From the NCBI GenBank assembly GCA_951406725.2, contig OX597821.1, positions 112,158,001 to 112,222,000 of the forward strand: a DNA stretch of 64,000 nucleotides, read 5' to 3'. The notes beneath the pieces were generated by a model that saw only the letters and a program-made list of their open reading frames with translations, did no database searches and was not told the DNA's origin. A program made the position numbers and the translations under genes. The stretch comes from Octopus vulgaris. Lineage: Eukaryota. This document shows, in pieces, positions 28,200 to 41,219 of this stretch (the first letter of the stretch is position 1; each line of letters begins with the position of its first letter).

Positions 28200-28903
28200 C
28201 GTTGGGGTGAATTCCGGCGCTTTGTCCATTGCATTCATAATGCCATCGGAAATAACCCTGTCGATATTTTTGAGTACAGATTCCAAACCACTTGGTCCAA
28301 CCATGTAGCGAGTAAGTTGGCGCAACAACCGAACAATTTCATCCCACTCATAGCTGACTTCCATTTGTTTGCTGAAGCAACTGTGCATGACATCCTGGCA
28401 GAAATCCTTGCAAGGTTTCACACCGACGTGGCCCTTGCATTGAGAACAGAACAACATCTGGGTAATTCCTTTCTTGCAGGTTTCTTCTGTATCCAGGTGG
28501 TTTGTTGCGTTTATGGTGTCAGAAACTACAGAGAGAGCGTGAAGGTAGGATCTGGCAGCCCACAGGACTGTGGAGAGCTCGTGAGCCATTTTACGAGAGA
28601 AGGTACCAAACGGTTGTGGGTGCAAATGACGACGCAACTTGATGAGGCAATCGTTGAGTGATTCTTTGTAGTTGGTCACCGTTGGATCATTGACAGCATA
28701 TCGGAAAACAAGAGGCAAGAGCTGGTCGAAGAATTCGTTTACAATGATGGGAATTTCAACTTGTCCCTGCTTCACGTAATCAAACAAACTTGCAAAAAGC
28801 TTGTTCACTGGTTTGTGGTGCTCACTCCAAGGGATTCGGTAAATCTCGCTCAAGTGACCCATAGTATTTTTTTCTGAATTTTTAATCAGGGCCAAAACAT
28901 CAT
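28200..28903 (-). CDS. Glypican (GPC3/GPC5/dally-like) large internal coding exon; partial CDS, other exons not found in window
   Basis: Acceptor ttttcttcaacag|AT at 28904/28903 and donor ACG|gtaagt at 28200/28199. 704 bp, phase 1 to phase 0. Translation DVLALIKNSEKNT...VNEFFDQLLPLVF...DCL...PFG...INATNHL...CKKGITQMLFCSQCKGHVGVKPCKDFCQDVMHSC...ISDGIMNAMDKAPEFTPT shows the glypican cysteine pattern and resembles the large third exon of vertebrate GPC3/GPC5. Confidence 0.93.
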
Positions 28904-30223
28904 CTGTTGAAGAAAAGAAAAAAAAAATAATTAGAATAATAAAAATTAAAATTTTGTTGTGTCAAGGGAGAGTCATTATCCCAATATAATTAACACATGC
29001 ACTGGTATAAACAAAATTTGTTTCAACACACAAATTCACATTAAAAATCTTTTAATTTCACCTGAGAATATCAACTACTGATTTCTCTGGATTTCTGCAG
29101 ACCTCATGGTGTTTATTTAGATTGACCTTGAAATTTCAAAGAATGCTAAGGAGTCTGCTGGACAACAATGGTCAGTGGTCACAATTGTCCCCTTAACCTG
29201 GTGTGATGTAAAACACATTTTTTGTTCCCTCATTGCTTTAACCCCCCACCCCTACTCCAGTTAAGGGGTCTTGTTCTGCGAATTGCTTATTAGCGACCTC
29301 ACTAACAAGCCAATGCTATGTAAAGGGCACGTTTTGTACACCCTGTAAAGTGGTTGGCATTAGGAAGGGCACCAAGCGGTAAAAACCAAGCCAAGGCAGG
29401 CAGCAGAGTCCTCAGACTTGCCAGTACCAGTGAAACAGTCCAACCCATGCCAGCATGGAAAACAGATGTTAACTGATGATGATGATGATGATGCTGATGA
29501 CAACAACGACAGTATATTTTACATATTGGTATATGGTGAATGTTATAGATCACCCTGATCATCATCACCAGTGCACAGCATTATCCATCACCATCACCAC
29601 CACTACCACCACCACTATGACTCTTTAGCACCTGCTTTCTATGCTGGTATGGGTTGGACGGGTTGACTGAAACTGGTAAACCAGAGAGCAACACCAAGCT
29701 CCAGTCTGGTTTGGCATGGTTTCTATGACAGGATGCCCTTCCTAATGCCAATCGATATTCTAAAAAAAACAAACAAAATCTTTAAAAAATGGTTTTACTT
29801 CAACTTTCATCAGAATGGCCCAAATAAGTAACAAAGTACTGAGGTTGTACAACCCTTGAATGCACTTCCTGGTATAATCACAAAATAAATAAAAAAAAAA
29901 AAAAGGTCTTCAGGTCTTCCAGCAAGATTTGAACTTGGCATGCAGAGGTTGGCAACTAACTAGTGTAAAATATTTAATGTCAATGTTGTATCATATCTAC
30001 CCTCTTTGTAGTAATGCATTAAGCGTAATGCTGTAAAGACCGAAACGAAAATCAATGTACAACAGCATTTGCCAGTCCTTATATCAATACTAACACCCTG
30101 CAGACTTTTCAATAATGGTGCAAAAGACTTTTGGAAATATGAAATATCTGTGTGTGTGTGTGTGTGTGTGTGTCTGCATGTGTGTGTGTATGTATGTATA
30201 TATATATATATATATATATGTAT

Positions 30224-30256
<33 letters not shown>

Positions 30257-32796
30257 CATTCATACATAAGTACCCATACCCAATATATATGAGTATATAG
30301 GTATACTTATATACATACACAAGCACAAACATACACACATATCAGTATATCTTTTTACACACACACACACACACACACACATATGTATGTATGTATATAT
30401 AGGTGTATATGCATCTTTCTCACTCTTTACATATATATATATATATATACACACACGCATATATATGCACACAGACCCATACATACAAATATATCTGTAT
30501 ACATACATCAATATCTATGTATATCTATCTTTTTATTCACAGACACACACACATACATATATATGTGTGTGCATCTTTCTCTCTCTTTATACACACACAC
30601 ACAGAGGTATGTATATCCATGTATACACAATCTATCTCTGAGAGAGTGAGGAGAAATGAGAAAAAAAAGAATAAATAAACTAAGAAACTGAAATAAAACC
30701 AATATGAAGTTTTGTCCAATGGAACCTTTATTGAATAAAAGAAGTGAATAGTTTTTATTGTTGGTCGGTTGTTCCAATATAGTAGTACCAAGAAATAAAA
30801 GAAAAATAAACAAAGAGTGCCAATATGTTACCAAAAAAAAAAAAAAGACAGAAAAGAACCATGATTGAGGTTAAAGAACTTTCATGATGATTTCTTTCAA
30901 TAACGAAGATTAATTTCCATAAAGGAAGAAGAGTTCTGACTTTATAGATATTGCTCCTCCACCCTGAGTCTGAGAGGAATAAAATAAAATATGAAAAAAG
31001 AAATGGTTAAGAAAGAAATGGTTGTGGCACACTGTCGTTCAGCGATGAAAATCCAGTTGTTTAATCAATTAAATTACCAATATATAAATGCAGGGTAGCG
31101 ATGTATATTCGTTAAAGCAATACACTTCAGCTAGTTCTTGGCATAAAAATTACTTTTCCACTGTCTCAGCTACCCCCACATCCACACTGAGTCATGAGGA
31201 ATTTCCCCCTTTTTTTGTTCTTCTGTCTTGCATGTTGCATGGTGACCTCACTAGTGCTGGTGCCACAAGAAAAGCACCTAAAACACTCAGTAGAGTGGTT
31301 GGTGTTAGTGGGGTGGACATCAAGCCATACAAGTCACACTAAAGCTGACTTTGGGGTTTGATGCAGCCCTGGGGTTCATTAGATCCCGTCAAACTGTCCA
31401 ACACACGGTATTTGACATCTGAAATGGACATTAAATTATGACAGTCAAAATGACATGTATCCTTAAGAAAGTAGCCACAGTGTTCAATGATGAAGATTCA
31501 GTTGTTTGACCCACTGAATTACCTGCTCCTGAATGAGAGTGGTCATTCTACCCACACTTAATTAAATGTTGAGTAGCCATGTATCTTGTCTAAAGCAAGA
31601 CATCTCAGCTAGGCTGACCAAAGCCTTGAGAGTGGATTTCATCATCATCATTTAACATCTGTTGTCCATGCTGGCATGGGTTGGAGGGTTTGACCAGGGC
31701 TGGCAAGCTGGAAGGCTGCACCAGGCTCCGATTTAAGAGAAGGGAACTAAAAGAAGCCTGTCGCATGTATACATATATATATGTGTGTGTGTATCAGTGT
31801 GTTTGTCTCTCATCACTGTTTCACAACTGAAGTTGGTGTGTTTTTCTCCTTGTCACTTAGTGGTTCAGCAAAAAAGACTGACAGAATAAGTACCAGACTC
31901 GATATAAAAATAAGTACTAGGGTCGACTCCCTGTTTTACAAAAAATTCTTTGAGGCAGTGCCCCAGTATGGCCACAGTCTGATGACTGAAACAAGCAGAA
32001 GGAAAAGGATAAATTAATATAAAGAAAATCCTTAAACCCATCTTAATTTTAGCAATTTGTTTGCTTCCTCTTTTCAATCCTTACATGGCTTCCACTCCAG
32101 AGGTTCCTCCTCTATGGAAAATAATAATGTAGAAGAACTCCCACCCCAATTTTCCCAAAAATTAAATAAAGAAAAACAAGGTTTAACTTTGTGGCGCAGA
32201 AGATCTAAAGAACACAGCAGAGATTTGGTGATGCTGTTTATGAGGGAAAATCCTCTTCTAAGAAGAGGAAGCTTATTACACTACTTCACAATTCATCCTT
32301 TGAAGGTCAGTGCTGTTAATATAGTTCCAACTTTAGAGTTGGAAGATTAAAAACCATTTCTCTGCTAGGAAATGGAAAAAAAAAAACAAACAAAGAAAAG
32401 AAATCCTTGAAACTATTCCACATGGGATTTGAAGAATGTAAAACTGAAAATGGTAAACATGAAGTAAGGCTGGGTTCTGCAAGATGTAAATTATGATTTA
32501 CATGTGTAGTACTATGCATGAATGCATGCACATGTAATATATATATGCAACTGTGTGTGTATGTGCACATGCACATGTATTTATGTATGTACATATATAT
32601 ATATATATATATGTATATGTGTATATATATATATATGCATGCACAAACACATTATACATATGTTTGATATTTACAGTGTAAGTAATGTAAATATATAACT
32701 GTATGTAGTTGTTGCATACTAGCACAATTGCTCCTAATACACACATATATAAGTGTGTGTGTGTGTGTGTGTGCACATATATATGTATGTATGTAT

Positions 32797-33006
32797 AGTC
32801 AATTCAAATAAACAAAAAAAAAATTAATAAAAAAAAAAACAGAAAAAAATGGACATGGAGATGTGCACAAGATATATATTAATTTGACACTTGGTGAAAG
32901 GAGAGAGTTGTAAACGTTTCAAGCATAGCTCTTTGTCAGAAAGACAAAGGTCCAAAGGGAAAGAAGGAAAAATTAGGTAAAATCGCCAACAATCCATGTG
33001 CAGTTA
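32797..33006 (-). mobile_element. Penelope-like remnant with degenerate minimal hammerhead motif
   Basis: Minus strand ctgacaaa-gagc-tat-gctt-gaaacgtt at ~32913-32939, flanked by TA/TG repeats. Confidence 0.45.
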
Positions 33007-33325
33007 TATATACATGTATATATGTGCATGCACAAGCGCAGGTGTATGGTTAGAAAGTTAGCTTCCCTAACTGTGACATCAGGTTCAATCTCATCATAGA
33101 GTATCTTGTACAATTGTTTTCTACTATAAGCATGAGTAAACAGTTTTGTGAGTAGATTTGGTAGGTAAAAGCTGAAAGGAACGTGTATGTGTATATATGT
33201 AATATATGTATCTATGTACACTTATAATTGTATGTATGTACATATGTACATGTATGCATTCATGTATATGTGTGTGTGTATATATATATATATATACACA
33301 CACACAAACACACATATATATATAT

Positions 33326-33511
33326 TCGACCTGATGGATCGCTAGCCACTACACATTATATATTTTCTCTCTTTGTTCCTTCCTGTGGAAGAGCGTGGGC
33401 TCAAAACGTTAAAGACTTTTTCACTTCCCTAGCGTTATACTAATACATCTGTTTGTTGTCTACACCACCTGCCTTCGTCATTTTGGTATTTTTTTGTGAA
33501 TTCTCCCCCTG
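33326..33511 (+). mobile_element. Second copy of the 9757-9960 Penelope-like remnant
   Basis: ctgtggaa-gagc-gtgg-gctc-aaaacgtt followed by shared agcgttatactaatacatctgtttgtt...tacaccacctg. Flanked by (TA)n. Confidence 0.55.
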
Positions 33512-33634
33512 TATATATATATATATATATATACACATACATAAAATAGTGTATGTATTTATACACAAAAGAGGTGACCTTTAACATGACACCTTACATG
33601 CTAGAGAGTGCAGTTAAAGCCCAAACCACAAATT

Positions 33635-33689
<55 letters not shown>

Positions 33690-34824
33690 GCCACCATGGA
33701 AAACGGACGTTAAAGGATGATGATGATGATGATAATATATGTACATATCGACAAACACAACAGGAACACATAAGAACTGTCATCCTCTCATATATATATA
33801 TATATATATATATACACGCATACACACACACAAGTACAGAAAGAGAGAGAGAGAGGGTGGGTTGAGCGAGAGACAAACAGACAGACACACTCACAATATG
33901 CTATCACATTCCCTAGTCTTTGAAATCAGACACTTGAAGGTTACGATAAATGTCTTCAGATATCTCCCCCCCTCCTCAGAATCCTCACGTATAACATGCA
34001 TTGCACCCAAACACCAATTTGGCTTTGCACACATATTAGGACATGGTGCTGTCTTTTTTCTCTGTTTCTCTCTCTCTCTCTCTTTCTGGAATTTGTTTCG
34101 AGTTTGTTTGAATTGACAACCAGCCAAGAAAATAAATAAATAAATAAATGACACAAATAAACAAACAAAAAGAAAAAAAAAAACACACACACAAAATAAT
34201 CCCAACAACAACGTACTAACAAGTTCCCGAAAAAAACCTTTTCTAATGCAGCCAACCTTCTGCTAACAAGGTGAAAGCTGACAGAAGGAGCGAACATTGG
34301 CTAAAACTGGTGATGCCTTTGTCATCAGGTGAGGATTAACAATGAGTGTCACCATTGTGGTTGGATGCTTGCGGCTGCATCTGTTGAGCTGTGCAATTAT
34401 CATCGTTTTCCATGCTAGTATGGGTTACACGGCTCGGCTGGAACTGGTAAGCCAGAGAGTTGTACCAGGCTCCAGTCTGATTTCAGATTAGCTCCTGCAC
34501 CTGGATGTCCTCTTTTAATGTCAACCACTCTACAGAGTGTACTGGGTGCCTTTTAAATGTCACCAACGTGGGTGCCTTTTACGCACTGCCATAACAGTTG
34601 TCTTTTGTGTGACACTATCACTGTCACGAGTGTTTTTTTATGAGTCAATGTCACAGGTGCCTTTTATGTGCCATAACCGCCACCACCAACAACAACAACA
34701 CTATCATCATACACCTTCCTACATTTACCAAATCATCTTATTTCCCTCCAGATCCTCTCTCCACTACCACTACAGCAGCTGCTTTTACTACTACTACTAC
34801 TACTACTACTACCACTACCACTAA

Positions 34825-34990
34825 GACTATGATTTCACTTGGCTTGATGTGTCTTGTTAAGCACAGCAAACTGCCAAAGGTCTTAATCATTTCACATTGC
34901 CTGTCCATGCAACCCAACATCCAAAGATCATGATTCATCACCTCATCCTATGTCTTCCTGGGTCTACCTCTTTCACAAGGTTCCCCCCCA
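34825..34990 (-). mobile_element. RTE-type LINE C-terminal fragment
   Basis: Minus strand encodes CERGRPRKT*DEVM..DL..LG (GRPR.TW motif). Related pieces at ~1885-2170 and ~41220. Confidence 0.55.
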
Positions 34991-35792
34991 CCGTTAGGGG
35001 TCAGTTGCATAAGTAATAACTGAAGCAAACTCACAAACATTTAACTTTGGTATTAACTGCTGGAAATAAAAAATAATTGATATTGGCTTTTTTACAATGA
35101 ACGACATAAAGAATTGATGGCAGGAGTTGGGGAAAGAAAGAGAGAGGGGGAAGAGAGGGAGAGAGAGAGAGAGAGAAAGAGAGGGAGAGAGAGAGAGAGA
35201 GAAGAACAGTGCCACGTCCAAAGGAAATTACTTATGAAACTGTGAATGTTCAGAATGGGTCTGACTGAGAACCAGCAATTGTCTGCACAAATGTCTGGAA
35301 TTGTCTACTTGGCAAGAGAACGGTCATGTTTGTTAGCCAACCACCTTTGACACTCTGTGAGTAATTGAGCAGCAAAGATGATTTTTTTTTTTTTATAGGA
35401 CACAGGAATAAATACTTGAGAAAACCAAATCCCAGCATGGCCCCATGATGATTGGCTGATTTATAGACCAATCACGTGTAAGTGATCATTCCCCCGAAAG
35501 GACAAAAATGCAAAGTTGACCAAGGCAGAATCTGAACTCAGGACATGAAGATGGACGAAATGGTGCTCAGCATTTTATTCAATGCAAGAATGATTCTGCC
35601 AGCTGTCTTTTTAACAACACCAACAATAATAATAATGATATTGGTTTCACATTTTGGCACAAAGCCAGTAATTTCAAGAGAGGGCATATGTGTTGGTTAC
35701 ACTGATTCCAGTGCTTAGTGCTTAGCCGGGAGCTTTTTATTGACCCCGCCAAAAGGCTGAAAGGTAAAGTTGACTCCAGCAGAATTTAATAA

Positions 35793-35827
<35 letters not shown>

Positions 35828-35881
35828 ACAACTAGAAAAACAACACCAGCAAAGAAAACAACAGTATAACAACAAGAAATG

Positions 35882-35935
<54 letters not shown>

Positions 35936-36010
35936 GAAGTAGTAATAATAACACCAACTAGAAAAACAACACCAGCAAAGAAAACAAAAGTATAACAAGA
36001 AATGATGATG

Positions 36011-36044
<34 letters not shown>

Positions 36045-36529
36045 TAATAATAATAATAATAAGGGTAACAACATAGTATTAGATGGTGATAGAACAGGCT
36101 ACATACAGACTTAGAAATATGCTGCATGAGAAACAAACAACAAACAAGAAAAAAAAAACGAAGAGTGAATCGTATTCATCTGATACAAAATTAGACCCAA
36201 CCAGGTACGATAGCAATCGTTATTAAATAAATTCTGCAAATATCGACAGAGTTAGACAGAAACTAAACGCAATGTTAGACGAAGAAAACGAACCACTATA
36301 CAAAGCAACTGGGGAGAAATGGCTAAATATAACATAAGACATTTGCTAATTGTAATGTTAGACAGGGTTGCGGTAAAGATAAGGTTTATTTTGTGAGCGC
36401 ATAAACAAAACTAGGTGGCCGGGTGATAAACAGATATCGCATTTTTGTGTTTGATATGTGTGTATCAAAAGATATCTAAGACAGATCTTCAATGTTTAGT
36501 ACCATTAAAGAGATTTAGAGATTGCTTTT

Positions 36530-36560
<31 letters not shown>

Positions 36561-38288
36561 CATACACGTCTACATATATACAGACACGTGTGTATATACA
36601 TATATATATATGTACACAGATATATATGTGTACACACTCACCACTTCAATTAAGTTGAATGAATAAGAGGAGTGCTCAATATGTTGTAGGGGGTATGGTT
36701 TTGGCTTTTTTAATTGAAACTGAAAGTTTGACTCACAAATCAAGTCTCAAGTAATGCTCAAGCAAAATATTTAGCTTCACCTGAAGATCACTCTGGTCCG
36801 AAACTCAAGTTACAAAGAGAAACTTTCATTTTCAAAAAAACTATACATATATCATCATCATCACCACCATCATCATCATCATCGTTTAACGTCCGCTCTC
36901 TGTGCTGGCATGAGTTGGATGGTTTGACATGATTTGACAGCAGGGAACTGTACAGATTCCAACTGTCTGTTGTGGCATGGTTTCTATGGCTTGATGCTCT
37001 TCTGAATTCCAACTACAGAGTGTGCTATGTTCTTTTTATGCTCCACTGGCATTGTTCCGGGCTCAGTTCCACTGCATGGTACCTTGAGTGTCTTCTACTA
37101 TAGCCCTGGGCCAACCAAAGCCTCGTGAGTGCATTTGGTAGATGGAAGCTGAAAATGCCCATCGTGTGTGTGTTTGTGTGCGCCTCCATGTCTTGACATC
37201 AAGTGGTAATTGTGAGTGTTACTATCATACAAACAGTGAAATTCATTTTCAATCCCTTGCAGACAAAAAAAACCCCAGAAAAATGTCCATTCACAAGAAC
37301 ATATAGTCTTGATTGGAAACAAGTGAGATAGGTGACAGGACAGATATCTGGCTGTAGAAAATCTTGCCCTATGAATTCTGTTCAACTCAGAGGCTGAGAA
37401 CATGCTTTTGCTATAGGTAGCAATCACTGGTAATGTTATTGATAGTTAAACAGTAATAATGTTATTGATAACATACATATTTATTGCAGACGTACAAATG
37501 AGAAATTTGTTTTATTTAATGTTATTTCAATGTAATAAATATTTTTATTTTATTTTTTTTTAAAATTAACATTCCCTTTATTATTCTGTATGAAGCAGCA
37601 CAAAATTTGCATGGAAGGACGATTATAATTATTGTAATTATGTAACATTAACAGATATTACCTACAATGGTATAAGTATACACTCAATATCATCTGCCCT
37701 ATGATGAGTAACACTAGTTTTTAAATAATAAAAAAAGAACATGAATATTGTAGTAGAGAAAGAAACCTTCTAACACAACAAAAGTACAAGCTGCCAACCA
37801 GCCAGACAAACAGACAGACAGCCAACCATCCTTGATTTTCAATTGAAGCCAAGTTCCACAAAAATGTATTTAATATTTTTGTGAAAAGCATAAATGTCAG
37901 ACAATCTTATTTCTCACTTCACTTCCAGAAATCTCTGTTATTGTGGCTAAAAATAATGATGATGATGATAATAACAACAAAATTAACAACTATTATCGTT
38001 ACTATTTCTCTTATTACTATTACTGCTTCTATTATTATCTATTATTATCATTATTATTATTATTGATTTCTAAAGAAATTACATAAGATTGCAGTCAATT
38101 AAATTGATTCAGAATTTGATTTGCCTGTCTTTTATGACCACCACTCCTAAAGGGTTAGAAGACAAAAGTTGACAGCTGTCAACCCCAGCACACTTACACA
38201 TTCATAATAATAATAATGATAATAATAACAGTAATAATAATAATAATAATGATAATAATAATGATGATAATAATAATAATAATAATAA

Positions 38289-38612
38289 TTCTTTATTGGC
38301 CACAAGGGCAGTATAAATACTGACAACAATAGAAAATCAAAAGACAGTGGAAAATAACCGATGCTTTTGACATATTGTTACTGTTTACATGCTTCTGATA
38401 AATTCCTGAGCAGGGGTCAAACCCCACACAGGGGTGACTAAGGAGCCCCACTGATTTCATGCCATACTTACTACTCATCAGGAGTAGAGCCACAGGTGCT
38501 CCTACCTCCACTGTAATCCTCAGCCTACAGACCCCAATCACTCAGGCCTGTAGTTGCCACATTCACCCACCTTTCAGCAAATTTACCTGAGGCTACGTAT
38601 CTCTGTCAACTA
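38289..38612 (-). mobile_element. 3' end of Tx1/L1-clade LINE
   Basis: Minus strand encodes KFAERWVNV, as in the 46.7-47.8 kb element, and has the same terminus cccttgtggccaataaag. Flanked by (AAT)n on both sides. Confidence 0.7.
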
Positions 38613-38619
38613 ATACCTT

Positions 38620-38677
<58 letters not shown>

Positions 38678-38852
38678 TAACAATAAAAATAATCCCCTCT
38701 ACAAAAGGCACAAGGCCAGAAATTTGGGTGGGAAGAGGTTAGTCAATTACATCAACCACAGTTACTTAATTTATCGACCCTGAAATGATGAAAGGCAAAG
38801 TTGACTTCGGTGGAATTTGAACTCAAAACATAAAAACAGACAAAATACCACT

Positions 38853-39243
38853 AAGTATGCTTGCTTCTCAACCACATGGTTCCGAGTTCAGTTCCACAGC
38901 ATGGTACCTTGCGCAAGTGCCTTCTACTATAGCCTTGGGTTGACCAAAGCTTTATGAGTGGATTTGGTAGACGGAAACTGAAAGAAGCTTGTTGCATATG
39001 TGTGTGTGTATGTATATATATATATATATGTATATGTGTATATGTTTGTGTGTCTTGTTTGTCCCCCCAACATCGCTTAGCGACCAATGTTGGTGTGTTT
39101 ATGTCCGTCAATTTGCGGTTCGGCAAGAGAGACCAATAGAATAAGTACTAGGCTTGCAAAGTATAAGTCCTAGGGTAGATTTGTTCCACTACAGACAGTG
39201 CTCCAGCATGGCCACAGACAAATGACTGAAACAAGTAAAAGAA
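38853..39243 (+). mobile_element. SINE family B copy
   Basis: Matches 24326-24777 along its length. Further copies or fragments at ~1200-1740, 7850-8050, 14660-14820, 31600-32005, 43013-43310 and 44960-45190. Confidence 0.8.
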
Positions 39244-40867
39244 TAATAGAATTGAGGGCCGGAGAAGTTTGAGTCCCAATTTCCAACAAACTTGGATTAT
39301 GGTGAAGAAGGGATGCATTGGTTAGACAATGTAGATATTGGGTCCAAATTTTGGCTCAAGGCCAGAAACTTAAGGAGACAAGGTAAATTGATTACACTGA
39401 CCCAGGGCTCAGCTGGTATTTATTCTATCAACCCTGAAAGGGGTGAAAGGCGAAGTGAAGCTTGGTGAAACTTGAACTCAGAATGTGTTCTGCCAACTTG
39501 TTGCCTTAGATAATGTAGATATTAAAGTTGGGATGGCCATAACTGGAACATGTATGATCATGGGTTTCCATGATCAGGGTTGATTTGGAGTGAAGAATAA
39601 CAACAACAACAACACTAATGATTCCAAGCACATATCTCCAACAACATGACAAGAACAACACCAAAAACATGAGCAAAAACAATAACAACAATGAAAAATG
39701 TTAGAAGAAGAAGAAATAATGAAAAGTGCAACAAATTGCAATCTGCTTAATTCTAATAATGGTAAACAGAACAAAAGGGAGAATAATTTGGAATGACTAA
39801 AATATCATTAAACTCTAATTTAGATCACATGACAGAACCATGATTTTGTTTAGAGACAAAGAGAGGGCAATTTAGAAGGTGAGGAGCTGGGGTTGGCAAT
39901 GAAATTCCCTTATTCTATGCCAAGTTTTTCAAAAAAAAGGGGACAATTCTTCTAAACATTTTGTTAGTCACTTGACAATAAGGGGCAAAGATGTACTCCT
40001 AAAGTAGAATTAATTTCAAGGATGAGTAAATAAATAGTTGATTTAAAGTTGAAATAGAAGCGTCGTCGTGAAAAATAAGAAAAAAATGCAACGGAAATAA
40101 AGAACACACAAAAAAAAAAGAAGTAAATTGCAACAGAATAAAACGAAAAAGATAAAAGTATCTAAAAAAATAATCTAGCACCCATCATTTTTCTCTTCAT
40201 AGCTGCTCTTAAACATTAAAATATTTGCTAAAATACATCGGAATTATTTCCACCATAATTGACAAATGCCTTGAATTTGGGAAGAATTTGTGATTTGATG
40301 TTTTAGTAATAGATCTTGATACTGTAAGGAAATGGGAGATGCCTGTTCACCTGCAAGAAATCTTTTGCATTTATTTGAAACGAAAAAAAAAAAGCAAATA
40401 AGGAAAAAAAAGATGTAGGGGAAATGAAACAAAACAAAAGTCTGAAGAGAAATTAGGAGAATGTAGTGAATGCCGTAGTTTTGTCTTAGAGCAAAACAAT
40501 GCCGCTTTACCAAAGTTACTAGTACAGCTTTGCTTTTGAAATTAGAAGATAATACGATGGAATGAAGGTTAGAATTGTATACTGGAACAGATAATGATAA
40601 CAGACTTGTATAAAAGGTTTGGTATGTAGTAACAAGAGCAATACAGCAGGTAGGATAATATTCACAGGTTTTAAGAAATTGATACTACAGTACAATAAGT
40701 ACTAACAGACTATAAGAAATGGGGATATCATCATTCTTTTATTCGTTTCGCTTTCATTTGCCTGCAGCCATGCTGGAGCACCTCCTTTAGTCAAGCAGAT
40801 CAACCCCAGGACTTATTCTTTGTAAGCCAAGTACTTATTCTATCGGTCTCTCTTGCTGAACTTTAAA

Positions 40868-41087
40868 CCCTTTAGTGTTTAAAGCGGCCATATCAGGCCA
40901 AAATAGTCTTCCTGCTTTATGCTCAAACCAGCCAGCTCTGACCTCTCACACCTACCCTACAAAGTCATTCTTAAAATAAACAGGGACAATATTAAAATCT
41001 CAGAGTTACAAGATGCTGTGCAATTAATTTAAAATAATGTAATTAAATAGGCTTTACATTTGACAGATTAATCTGAATGCTAAAGGG
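40868..41087. mobile_element. piggyBac-like MITE (~220 bp) nested in a family B SINE
   Basis: Termini ccctttag...ctaaaggg with TTAA on the right (41088-41091). It interrupts a SINE B copy. Confidence 0.75.
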
Positions 41088-41219
41088 TTAAGTGACAGGG
41101 ATGTAAACACACCAACATCGGTTACATTTATTCTTTCCATTATAGCTTGAATAGCAACATGTGGTGGTGGTGGTGGTGGGGGTGCACATGCATGTACAAG
41201 AATTTTGGAAAAGTATCGT

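Noticed and set aside
27933-28895. 320-aa ORF as a complete gene
   Set aside because: The true exon is 28200-28903. The start is a TTG inside the exon, and the tail is intron and LINE sequence.
40244-40513. ORF with a good-looking acceptor (ttcttgcag|GTGAACAG) on the gene strand
   Set aside because: The peptide has no glypican similarity, ends in a stop, and has no convincing donor.
40521-40690. Minus-strand peptide LKTCEYYPTCC resembling the glypican exon-2 C-x5-CC motif
   Set aside because: The following sequence lacks the conserved ME motif, runs into a stop, and has no phase-1 donor to join the 28903 acceptor. Probably chance.
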